The notes beneath the pieces were generated by a model. It had not been told where the DNA came from and ran no database searches. It was given only the letters and a program-made list of their open reading frames with translations. DNA of 64,000 bases from Octopus vulgaris (lineage: Eukaryota): positions 186,310,001-186,374,000 of the forward strand of contig OX597814.1 in assembly GCA_951406725.2 (NCBI GenBank), read 5' to 3'. The translations under genes were made by a program, and so were the position numbers. Positions 1 to 11,916 of this stretch are shown in pieces; the first letter of the stretch is position 1; every line of letters begins with the position of its first letter.

Positions 1-303
1 ATGTGCATGTATACATATGAAAAAATATGTATATATACATATGGATGAATGTGTATGCATGTGTATATATATGTATATATAATAATTATTATTATCATTT
101 GAGGGAATAAAATCCAAACTTATAAGGAAAAAGAATTCAATTTAGAAATACTAAATCAAATTCCACACAATATCATATCTATATAAAAAATTAGAAAAAA
201 ATCACCTTTTATCAATTCAAAATGAATAATTAAATTACACCATCTAGAAAATTACATGAATGAATGAATGAATGTATGTATGCATGTATATATATATATG
301 TAT

Positions 304-350
<47 letters not shown>

Positions 351-1420
351 TGTGTGTGTGTGTATATATATCTATATATATATGAATGAATAAATGTATA
401 TATCTATGTATATACATACACTGATATATGTATATATATATATATGAGTGTATGTATGTATGAATGAAAAAAATATATATATATTTATAAACTCTGTAGA
501 AACTCTGCCAAATCCAGATTGTAGCCTGGTGCAACCATCTGGTTCGCCAGCCCTCAGTCAAAATTGTCCAACCCATGCTAGCATGGAAAGCGGACGTTCA
601 ACGATGATGATGATGATGATGATGATATATATATATATATATATTAATGAATATATATATGTATATATATGTATGAATGATTGTATATAGGTGTATATGA
701 ATGAATGTGTGTGTATATATATATGAATGAATATATGTAGATATAAGAAGGAATGTATGTATATATATTTTTGAATGTATGTATGTGTGTGTATATATAT
801 ATATATTTATATATATGTATGAATGAATGTATACATGTACATGTATGAATGAATGTATGTATTTATATATATATATATATATATATATGAATGAATGCAT
901 ATATATATATATAATATGTATATGAATATATATGTATGCATGTATATATGTATACATGTATGAATGTGTGTGTATACATGTGAGTGTGTGTATATATATA
1001 CATATATATGTACACACACACATATGACACAATGCATATATATGTATATATATATATATGTATAAAATAATTTATATATAGATATCTATCAGTTAATGTC
1101 TGCTTTCTATGCTCTCAAGTGTTGGACAGTTTGACTGAAAGCTGGTCAGCCAGGGGCTGTACCAGTTTCCATTCAAGATCTCTACATCTAGATGCCAATT
1201 GTGATGGTGCGGGTAGCTGTGGGTGGGAGTGCATCCATTAACTTTCACACATATATATGTATAGATGAGTGTTTATATTTTTTTAGAATGTGAATATATA
1301 CATATGAATAAATTAATATACATATGTATATATATATATATGTGTGTTTATGTATATATTTATATATATGTATGTATATATTTATATACACTTGTGTATA
1401 TTTATACATGTGTGTATATA

Positions 1421-1455
<35 letters not shown>

Positions 1456-1898
1456 TTATGTATGTATATTTATGTATGTATACATATATATGCATTTATA
1501 TATATATATATATATATGTATGTATATATATATGTATGTATATATATGTATATAAATATGTATATATTTATGTATGTATATTTATGTATGTATACATATA
1601 TATGCATTTATATATATATATATATATATGTATGTATATATATGTATATAAATATGTATATATATATGTATGTATATATATGTATATAAATATGTATATA
1701 TATATGTATGTATATATATGTATATAAATATGTATATATATATGTATGTATATATATGTATATAAATATGTATGTATATATATATGTATGTATATATATG
1801 TATATAAATATGTATATATATATATATGTATGTATATATATGTGCATATATGTATGTATATATATGTGCATATATATATATGTATATATATGTATTTT

Positions 1899-1929
<31 letters not shown>

Positions 1930-2084
1930 GTATGCGTGTATATATATATATATATATGTATGCGTGCATATATATATATATATATGTAAGGATATATATA
2001 TATATACATATATATATGTATATACATATATATATATACATATATATATACATATATATATACATATGTATGTATGTATGCGTG

Positions 2085-2118
<34 letters not shown>

Positions 2119-2122
2119 CGTG

Positions 2123-2154
<32 letters not shown>

Positions 2155-2393
2155 CGTGCATATATATATATATATATATGTAAGGATATATATATATATA
2201 CATATATATATGTATATACATATATATATACATGTGTATATATGTATGTATATATACATGTGTATATATGTATGTATATATATATGTGTATATATGTATG
2301 TATATATACATGTGCATATATATGTATGTATATATACATGTGCATATATATGTATGTATATATACATGTGCATATATATGTATGTATATATAC

Positions 2394-2435
<42 letters not shown>

Positions 2436-3300
2436 GTATATTTCTGCATTTATATATGTATATAAATATATGTATATATGAAAATGTATGTATGTATATA
2501 TTTATGTATATATCTATGTTTATATATATATATATATGTAAATATGCATAAATATGTATGTTTATGTATGTTTATATGTATGTCTATATATATGCGTGTA
2601 TTATATGTATATATATATATATGTGTATGTATAATATAGGTATGTATATACATATACACACACATATATATACATATATATACATGTATAATATATATAT
2701 ATGTATAATATATATATATATATGTATGTATACATATGCTTGTATATGTATATATATGCATGTATATAAATATATGCGTGTATATATATGTATTTACATA
2801 AATATATATATATATATATACGTGTGTAAATGTATGTATGAATGTGTATTTGTATGAATATAAGTATGCATGTATGTGTAAATGTATATATGTAAATACG
2901 TATGTGTATATATGTTTGTATTAATATATATATATGAGAGAGATTGGTATTTTATTTCAGTCCATAAATGTATGCATACATACATACATACACACACACG
3001 CGTCTATATACACACATATCTATATGAAGTTATAGGTATATACACATATGCTTATGTAAGTATATAGATAGTTTGCAAGTAAATATGTTAGACTTCATAT
3101 ATGCTTGTCTGTGTACATATATATAGATATGCTAGTGATTATATATGTATGCAAATATGTACTCATAAAGGGTATGACTTTATTCTTGTACGTACAGTTA
3201 CATATATTACGTATGCGTATATAATTATGCATTGTGTGCGTCCGTACTTTTTTCTATAGGTGCTCGTGTATACATTCGTATATATGATGTGTATGTTTTT
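1..3300. repeat. Compound (TA)n/(TATG)n/(TG)n/(GAAT)n microsatellite field with higher-order units
   Basis: Directly visible low-complexity tract. Higher-order units of ~36-38 bp (~1500-1830) and ~28 bp (~2220-2400). It explains all the Y/I/M/C/V/H/T-rich ORFs here. Confidence 0.97.
494..626 (+). mobile_element. 3' end of SINE/LINE-tail family C ending in (GAT)n
   Basis: ctgtagaaactctgcc...gtccaacccatgctagcatggaaagcggacgttcaacg(atg)n matches the reverse complement of 50437-50570. Other decayed copies at ~1090-1200, 8400-8590, 10553-10662, 10852-11040, 26100-26200, 46150-46370, 48410-48500, 53515-53590 and 61225-61450. Confidence 0.85.
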
Positions 3301-5162
3301 AATATTTATATTCTCACATGATCGTAATATCGCAAATAATCTACAACTAAGTAGAGAAACCTGTACTGTATAATTGGAAATTTACAATGTTTGCTTGTAA
3401 AATATATTCACACACACACAATTGACAATAATAATAATAATTATAGAGCATTCTAGCAGTAGTCTTATCTTGTATATTTAGTTATGAGCATACGTTTTCT
3501 CTGTGACTTAAAAAATTCCTATTATTCTCCTCCACTGCACAAGAATTGAATTATCCAATTAACATCAATATTTCTGAGCTTATAATAATAATAACTAACA
3601 TTTTTCTCTGCTTTTCGCTCACAACTAGCCATTCCCCCACGACTTGCCCGACGAAATCACCAAGCTTGCGACAACGTACATATATACATGAAGCTTTCTT
3701 TCCTCTCCGTGAGTGCTTGGTGAATTTGCGATTCTGGTGCCTCATCCATATTTAAAGCGCACACACGCATCAGTGTATCTGTGATCCCTTTCTCTTCGAC
3801 TCTGTGTGTGTGTATATTATATACATATATATTTACATACGTACACACACACATAGAATATATGTATGTGTGTGTACAAAAACATATGCACACACACACA
3901 CACGCCAGCGAAAAACAGCATTTAATACATGTAGTAGATTCCTCTTTTTTTTATATTGGTTCGAAGCTGATGATTCATCCAGTTGCTTGTTTTTTCTCGC
4001 TACGTGCAAGCCTTCCGGCGACATATATGTATGAGAATGAATATATATTATATATATAATATAATATTATATATATATAATATATACATACACTCACTCA
4101 CGCACACTTTTTGCGTGTGTGTTGTGTATTTATACACACGCATTCTCGCTCAACAATAAAATTATCCCACACAGACACGCATTACTTTCATGCAAACCCT
4201 AAGGTTTTTTCTGCCTTCAGTTGTACTTTAAACATTCGATTTGTTTCGAATAGTCTTTCTTATGAAGCAAACATTTGCGAAACAGGGTTCAAACAATCTA
4301 CTACTGGTTCTTATTTTATATCAATGAAAGATGACGTTTCTCCATGAGGTTCGAACGAAGTTTATTTTACCAAACATACATTGTATGAAAGCAGTAAATC
4401 TAGTGTCGAACGGTGGACCGCCTCGGCATTGTCAATTATTCTCTTTTGTTGCTTTTTTAAAAAATACTCGTGGACCCTCGTAATGTGGGTGTGTGTTTCA
4501 GAGTATTTCAGGAGGTTCTTGTTGCATCCAGATCTATTTTTCTTTTTTTCTTCACTTCGTTGTCATTCCAATTCGAACTACTTTCACTTCGCTTCACGCA
4601 CGAAGTTGATTTATTCCTCTTTAGGAAAAAGCATGCAGGCTTATAAAATTTCTTTTACTTTTCCGTTTCTTTTTCCTCTATAATATCTGAACATCTCTAC
4701 TTAGAATGGATTTAATTAATTTTTATGTTACTAAGGCTCGTGTGAGTGTGCTTAAAACATAGAAGATAATTCTCTGGTCTCTCAACTGAACGAACGGTCA
4801 TCATGGCAGGAAAAATTGGAAAAAAATTAGGAAAAATTCTCTCTTGTGACGAGATACAAGATCCTCTGTTATATGGGTTTAAAGGGATACGGGCATTATT
4901 CGTTCTTAGGAATACTAGTGATTATAATGAAGGTTAGGAATTTTTCTTAGGAAGGGGCATATACACTGTATTACTATTTGAAACAACATTCACTCACGCA
5001 GGTTTTGTTCTCCGAACGTGGAAAGAGAAATATAAAAGTTTAGCACTGTTTACATAATCTTCAGTAAACTGATGAAATAAGAAATATTATCTATCTCTCC
5101 CTCTTCTCTCTCTCTATATATATGCGTGTGAGCACATATATATATGCACACACGCATATACA

Positions 5163-5375
5163 CCCCAGAGTAAGCACATAAATGTGAAACAAGGTGGGGG
5201 GAAAATAGTACTCGAGTACCGGAGGTAGAGTAAATATGCTTTATTATTAAAGCTGCAAAACCATCACAAAAAACTGTTACTCAGAGTTTCAAGTTCCCGT
5301 TCGTCGACCCAAACTGTCCGACGAACGGAAACGAGTAACAGTTTTTGTGATGTCTTTGCCTCTTTATTAATAAAG
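5163..5375. mobile_element. Fold-back element in a TA tract carrying two inverted hammerhead-like motifs
   Basis: Arms 5239-5282 and 5333-5375 are imperfect reverse complements (catcacaaaaaactgttactc / gagtaacagtttttgtgatg). Flanked by TA-rich microsatellite. Confidence 0.75.
5271..5344. ncRNA. Inverted pair of degenerate type I hammerhead ribozyme motifs
   Basis: Minus 5307-5271: UCGACGA-ACG GGAA CUU-GAAA-CUCUGAG-UA-ACAGUUU. Plus 5311-5344: AAACUGU-CCGACGA-ACG-GAAA-CGAG-UA-ACAGUUU, with a 7-bp stem I and stem II deleted. Confidence 0.6.
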
Positions 5376-6055
5376 TGTGTATATATATATATATATATAA
5401 AATTAAATATACAAAAATTTAGTTATGTAAACCTACTGCTTTTTTACCTCCTAGTACCAACAGTTTGTCAAGTTTATCCTATTTAAACTGTAATTAAGTT
5501 ATACCTGTGTGTATGTATGGCATCGAGAGAAGATTATGCGTGTGTGTAAACACGTTATGTATTTTGACGTCTATCGACTACGTAGCCTTTATCATCTTTA
5601 CCATCCCCTTACCACTGCTTTTCAATTCAAGTGTTCCTCTATCGACTTCAATTTCTTATGTTAACTCTCTGTATCTCCCTTCATACTGTCTCTACTCCTC
5701 CTCTTTCTGTACATTGTGAAGCATGACCGGAAAAATTAACCAGCTAACGTTTATATCAGCTATTATATACATGTGTATATCTATATATCTATCTATCTAC
5801 ACACACACACACACGCATATCAGTGTATTCCTGTTTAAAAGCCAAGCCAGGCTGTGACAACCAAAGGGGACCTCTCCAAGGAGTAGAGTGCCTCAGGAAA
5901 CTGTCTGGGAATAGGGCACTGCTGTTTATGGTAGCTCTTTTGGATATGCCATTAGTTACACAAACACCAACACTTGCTAGCTATGCCAACAACACAAAAG
6001 TAGTAAAAGCAGTCGAAGAACCTCTTGATACTAATCTTCTACAGAAAGACCTAGG

Positions 6056-6086
<31 letters not shown>

Positions 6087-6329
6087 CTGTTGTGTCTGGG
6101 GAGAGTCATTTTCTTTTTGTGCCTTATAATTTAGTACACTCACCAGTAAAATTTCCACTTATTTCTTATTTTTACTTTCCTAAAACTTTTTCAATAGTCT
6201 TGACTATTGAAAAGGTTGCAAGATGCAACGAAAATTTTAGGAAAATAAAAATAATAAGTGGAAATTTTACCAGTGAGTGTGTTAAATTATAAAGCACAAA
6301 AAGAAAATGACTCTCCCCAGACACAACAG
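6087..6329. mobile_element. Palindromic (fold-back) element inserted with (TA)n into the LINE
   Basis: ctgttgtgtctggggagagtcattttctttttgtgc... is the reverse complement of ...gcacaaaaagaaaatgactctccccagacacaacag. Arms are ~95-110 bp with centre caatagtc-tt-gactattg. Confidence 0.9.
6204..6240 (+). ncRNA. Minimal hammerhead-like motif with U3-A8 core variant
   Basis: CUA-UUGAAAA-G-GUUGCA AGA UGCAAC-GAAA-AU-UU-UAG: stem I CUA/UAG, 6-bp stem II, palindromic AAUU helix III. Confidence 0.55.
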
Positions 6330-6388
6330 AATATGCTTCAACATACGAACTCACATAAAGAATCTTGCAAATCAAATCCAGAAACGAA

Positions 6389-6420
<32 letters not shown>

Positions 6421-7385
6421 AAATGGGCTGAAGAATCCAACATACAATTTAATGCAGGAAAATTCCAAGCCCTCTGCTATCAGCTAGATTGTACTGTCGT
6501 GTCACAACAAAGGTACTTTGGACCAAAAAAAGCGGCAGTCCTTGAGTCAAGGGATTGATATGAGCAGCAATGCCTTGTTTCATATTTATATTGCCAAGTT
6601 GGGGGCAGTGTGCAGGGAAATGGCCAGTTGGATTCTGAGAACTTTCAGAACAAAGAACCAGGAAACTATGCTGATTCTATACAGGACGTTGGCTTCAGTC
6701 ATCTGAACTGTTGCTGTCAACTGTGGTCTCCTCACAGTGTTGATTTAATAGCAGAACTTGAGGCAGTGCTATACCTGGAAGATTATATCAATGGAGTAGC
6801 TGAGCTACTGGGAGAGACTGAAAGTGCTATGGCTCTTCTCCCTGGAGTGAAAATGGGAGAGATATGCAATGACACACGTATAGGAGATCCTGGAGGGTTT
6901 GACACAAAACTCTGATGTTGAGAGCTCTACCAGTCCCTGGACTAAACATCACTGCATTGTTCCAAAATCCCAAGCCATCCCAGCTAGAGTGAGGGCTATG
7001 TACTGCAATAGCTTGAGATTTGAGGGTCCACAGCTATTTAGTACCTAGTTAAAACTTCTGAGAGTTCTACATGGAGTAGGGAGAGATGTTTTCAATAAAC
7101 AAACAGCTTGACCTCCTGCTGTCCAAGGTTCCAGATGAACCTACATCACACCGAGAAGCTCAAAAGAGGACAGTGATATAAAACTACCTCCTTCACCTAA
7201 AGCCAGTCACATATGAATGACCATCAAAAAAGGTGATAACACTGGCAGTGCCCCAGCATGGCCACGGCCTTTTAGCTGAAACACAAAAGAATAAAAGAAT
7301 ATATCCATGTACATCTGTATATGAATATATACATGTATATGCATATATCTGTAAATGTAATATGTGACAATTATTTGGTAGCCAT

Positions 7386-7444
7386 GATAAAACTCAGTTT
7401 CAAATGCCAAGGTGGAAATCCACGCCGCCATCTCGTTAGTTATC
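7386..7444 (-). ncRNA. Degenerate type I hammerhead-like motif
   Basis: GAUAA-CUAACGA-GAUG..GUGGAUUUCCAC..CAUUU-GAAA-CUGAG-UU-UUAUC. Perfect 5-bp stem I; G5 is replaced by A. Confidence 0.55.
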
Positions 7445-7601
7445 CGGCCATCGGAAAAATGCTATGAAATATGCATATATATATATATATAGAGAGAGAG
7501 ATGTATACTGTAAATACAATGAACAACAAAATGGTTAACACTGGAAGTATGAATTTTGATAAATACAGCATTAGTTTAATGCTTAAATGTCAGCAGAAAG
7601 T

Positions 7602-7639
7602 GTCTCGACGTTTCAGACATTAGTCCTTCTTAATACAAC
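7602..7639 (-). ncRNA. Heavily decayed minimal hammerhead-like motif
   Basis: AUUAAGA-A-GGAC UAAU GUCU-GAAA-CG-UC. The 3' half is canonical (GUC site), the 5' core is mutated and stem I is weak. Confidence 0.35.
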
Positions 7640-8662
7640 AGAATCATAGAGAGGCAGTGAGAATGAGAAATTGTCAGTGAAAAAAGAGAGTGAATGGTTG
7701 AAAATCAGTTGGGTATGCTGTTTTATAGGGGAATAGAATTGAGAAAGGACAAAAGAGATGGGTGTTACAATGCAAGGATAAGAATATATTTCTTTCTAGA
7801 AACAGGCCTGAGTGGGGGAGAGGTGTGTGGTGTATGTATATGTGTATAGAGGTATACAAGTGTAGAAATATACATACATATTGTCACCTATATACATGTG
7901 TGTGTGTGAGTGAGCTGTAAGCAGTGACATTTTGTTCTCATTTTCCCTGTAAAAAAAATGAAAAAAAAAATCAACCACTGGTTTTGTGTGCCTTTGAAGA
8001 TGTAAGTAAGGCAGTTATACAGTGGATGCTCTTTCGGTATGTAATCCTTAGCTGTTCCACTTCTTATGGATACATTCAGGAGGAGCATCTGAACGTGCTC
8101 CAATGCCTCAATAATCTATTTTTCTAGCTCATGCTAACGTGTAAAAATGGGTGTCAAAAACGAACAAAGGAATATATATATATGTGTATATATAAATACA
8201 TGTGTGTGTGTGTGTGTGTGTGTATCAATATATATCAGTATTATGATATGTGCATGTATGTGTATGTAAGCTCCTCTTTAGCAAGAAACCTGTTTTGCTC
8301 TGGCCCCTTCTGTCATATTGTGACATCTGACATAAAACTGCCTCTTTTTTTCACTGCTGAAGGGGATCTTCCATCTTCTAACCTGCTCGTCAACCTTACT
8401 AGTAATGATGCTGTGAAAATAAGCACCTGCTACACTACAAACTGGTTGGTGTTAAGAAGGCCATCTAGCCACAGAAATCATGCCTAAGCACACCTTGAAG
8501 TATGATGCAAGCCTCAGATATTTCAAGAATATTTTCAAACTGTCCAGTTCATGCAAGATAAGGATCTGAATGTTAAAAGATGATTATAATTATGATGTTC
8601 ATACATATGTATGCATATTTATGTTTATACATGCATGTAATTATGCACATGCATATATATAG

Positions 8663-8800
8663 GAAAAATTGAAAATGGAGGCAAAGGCTCTAATAATGTT
8701 GGATTTATTTTGAATGCATCCATCAAAACATATGTCGATGATATGAAGATATAAATGATTTGATAACACCTTGAGCGTTTGTCCCCATTTTCAATTTCTC
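8663..8800. repeat. Imperfect 28-bp inverted repeat in a TA-flanked element
   Basis: gaaaaattgaaaatggaggcaaaggctc (8663-8690) versus the reverse complement of 8773-8800, 24/28 match. Confidence 0.65.
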
Positions 8801-8929
8801 TTATGTTCCCCAAAATACGTCTCATTTCTCCCCGGAATTAACTCCCACACAAGCATAATCACTGATTCCTAGGACACTTATGTGACATCTGGCTACCTTG
8901 TAATTATTCCCTAGATCTTTCCTATAAAT

Positions 8930-8938
8930 TGAATATTC

Positions 8939-8980
<42 letters not shown>

Positions 8981-9570
8981 GTATATATATATGTACGTAT
9001 ATATATGTATGTATATATATATATATATTTAAAAACCTAATGGTGTATATAATGTATATCTATATCACATTTGTTAATATGTATATACATATTACACATG
9101 TACATATGTATGTGTATATACATGCATACATTTCAAGTATGCCTATATATATCCACCTATGTCTGTATGTAAGTGTTTATATATGTAAATATGTATATAT
9201 ACATATATGAATGTACATGCGTGTATGTGTATACAAAATCTATACATATTTATACATCACACACACATATATATATATATATATATACATGCATGCATAT
9301 ACAGTTAATGTTTGCACACTCTTACATAAGTTCATCTATGTATATATACTTGCACATATATGCATTTGTATACAAACCTGTAAATGTATATATATTTAAG
9401 TATACATAGATAAAAATGAATATTTGTATGGATATATATATATATGTATACGTAAATATCTATGCACTCATGTGTATCCATATATATGTACATATATATG
9501 CATGTATATATTGATGTATGTGTGTGTGTATATACATATGTATGCATGTATATGTGTGTATGTGGACGTG
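8930..9570. repeat. Degenerate (TA)n/(TATG)n microsatellite field
   Basis: Directly visible low complexity. Confidence 0.92.
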
Positions 9571-11475
9571 TACCTTCTTCACTTTTTGTCTTTTTCTTCT
9601 TTAAAATTCCTTATCTTTCTTTTTCTCTTTTTTTCCTTCACTTTTTCTGTTTTCTTTTTTTCGCCATTCTTCCTTTTTTTATCTTTTGAAATTCTCCCTT
9701 TATCAACCTTTATCTTAGCATTATGTTTATATAACTTAGTGTCTGATTACCTTTCTGGCCCCTATCACTGATTTCTCACTGACAATGATTTTTAAGTGCA
9801 CAGATTGAATTCTGTAGTCATTTGATCCTTGTTCTTCTATTTTAAATCAATGTTTTTTGATCAGTTTTGATAATTTTGTTTCTTCATAAAATATCATTAT
9901 CATCCATCATAGCACAATGAATTTACAATGTTACAAACCCTAGGGCTAAACAGTTTTTCTCTAGCATGAAATTAGCTTAGGCTTATGTTTCTTCATAATT
10001 TCTCATCTCATACTGAACTTCACACAGTAACCACCTTGAATCCCTACTGAGACCAGTCTGAAGAATGTAGGATTTTCCTTCAGACCCACATAGGGTCTGC
10101 TTCTTACACGAAATTGTTGTGGCTTGTATATAATTTGTTTTATACCTATTAATAAATAAATATTTTGTCAATCAATGATTGACCTGGATATTACAATGTA
10201 GTTCATAAAATGCATGTGTGAGTGCAGCAGTTTGCAGTTATTGTTAAGTTAATACAACCTCTTCAGTGGGAAGTTAGCATACCAGTTACCATAAAGGAAC
10301 CACACTTCAAGCCAAGCATGTTCAAGTCTTCAGTCTTTGTAGCTGTCTAATGATTTAGACACATGTTTTTGTGCTTCTGAAACTCAGGATAACGGCTGTC
10401 AAAAGTTCCAAGCACATATATATGTGCATGTGTGTATTTATATACATTTATATGTATATATTTATAAAAACATATACATCTTTATACATTTATATAATGC
10501 ACATATATTTATATTTGTACACACATACTCAATTATGCATACACCTGTATATATCATCATTATCGTCATTTAGCATCTGCTTTCCATGCTAGAATGGATT
10601 GGATGGTTTGACTGGAGCTGGTAAGCCAGACAGCTGCACCAGGTTCCTGTCTGATTTGGCACCTATATATATTTATATATATATATATATATATAATACA
10701 CACACATATGTATTGTAGATATTTAAATGCAACTATTACTGATGAACAAAATCAAAGAAAATATCCTTTAATGATTTAGTTAACTCTTGAAACTAAAGGA
10801 TTTTTTGGAATGATTTGTATGACTTTAGCACAAATATACAAATACACAAATCATTGTCATCTTCATCAGTTAACGTCTGTTTTCCATGCTGGCATGGGTT
10901 GGACAGTTTCACACAAGCAGGCAAACCAGAGGACTGTATGAAGCTTCGGTCTGTTTTGGTATGGTTTTTACAGTTGGATGTCCTTCCTAACACCAACCAC
11001 TTTATGGAGTGAACTGAGTACTTTTTACATGGCACCAGCAAGTTCTGTTGCTCATATTAATCATCTAAGTAGTTCCTTTAGTTTTTATAGTTGTGGACAT
11101 GTTCCATCCAATCCGTATTTGATATTTGCTTTGATTTTGTTTATCTCTTTCGATTGCCCATAAATGTCTTCCAAATAATGTGTTGATTCATGGAGTTTTG
11201 AGCTTCCAAATCATACTTCTGACGTCATCAATGGGCACTGCACTTCCCTTTCCTATATTCTTTCTAGAACGGTAACAACTAACCACTCCTTTGTGATTCA
11301 AATACATATGCAGCAACATTTAAAATGATTACACACTGTGTGAAGAGGTTCTATATGCACACACATACAAACTTTATTTGTGGGTTAAGAAGGCAACCAA
11401 TGGTTTCACATGAAGAGCTCTTCACAATTGTTCAAGTGTGCCACTTGGAAGAGTTCATTGGTTTCATAAATATCT

Positions 11476-11540
<65 letters not shown>

Positions 11541-11599
11541 CATAAATTCACAAGGTATCAGAGGTGAATATATATTTATTTAACTATGTGACTTCTGTA

Positions 11600-11740
11600 G
11601 GCCTACAGCTGTTTCGCAACTTTCTTCTTGTATTAATTTCCACATGGAAGAAATTATGCATATATTGATATGTATGCTCAGCATTGTACAATTGTATATT
11701 CACAAATTAATGAAAATAAAGAAAGCTAACTCATCAAATC
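11600..11740 (-). ncRNA. Hammerhead-like motif with long stem II, in a TA-flanked element (~11535-11790)
   Basis: UUGAUGA-GUUAGCUUUCUU..~90 nt..AAGAAAGUUGC-GAAA-CAGCUG-UA. Helix III is the palindrome ACAGCUGU; stem I is poor. Confidence 0.55.
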
Positions 11741-11782
11741 ACAAGAGTGTCATGTTACACCAACAATTCATTTTATACCACT

Positions 11783-11835
<53 letters not shown>

Positions 11836-11864
11836 CTAACTCAAGTATATATATATACACACAT

Positions 11865-11916
<52 letters not shown>

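Larger units (their letters stand above)
5830..7298 (+). mobile_element. 5'-truncated, decayed CR1-group LINE (RT C-terminal half plus 3' tail)
   Basis: Translations across frames give VPQET..ALLFMVALLDMP..LASYANNTKV (decayed PQG and YADD motifs), LLQKDLGAI|KWAEESNIQFNAGKFQ and LSYWERLKVLWLFSLE*KWERY, typical of CR1-group ORF2. Has stops and frameshifts, ends in an aaaagaataaaaga tail, and is interrupted at ~6060-6420. Confidence 0.9.

Noticed and set aside
244-3067. Many long ORFs of up to 283 aa
   Set aside because: They are translations of (TA)/(TG)/(CA) microsatellite, open in several frames on both strands. The same holds at 8.9-9.7, 51.1-51.6 and 60.2-60.5 kb.
3749-3774. TATTTAAA followed by an Inr-like TCAGT
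   Set aside because: Spacing is ~23 nt rather than ~30, and such motifs are common in AT-rich DNA.
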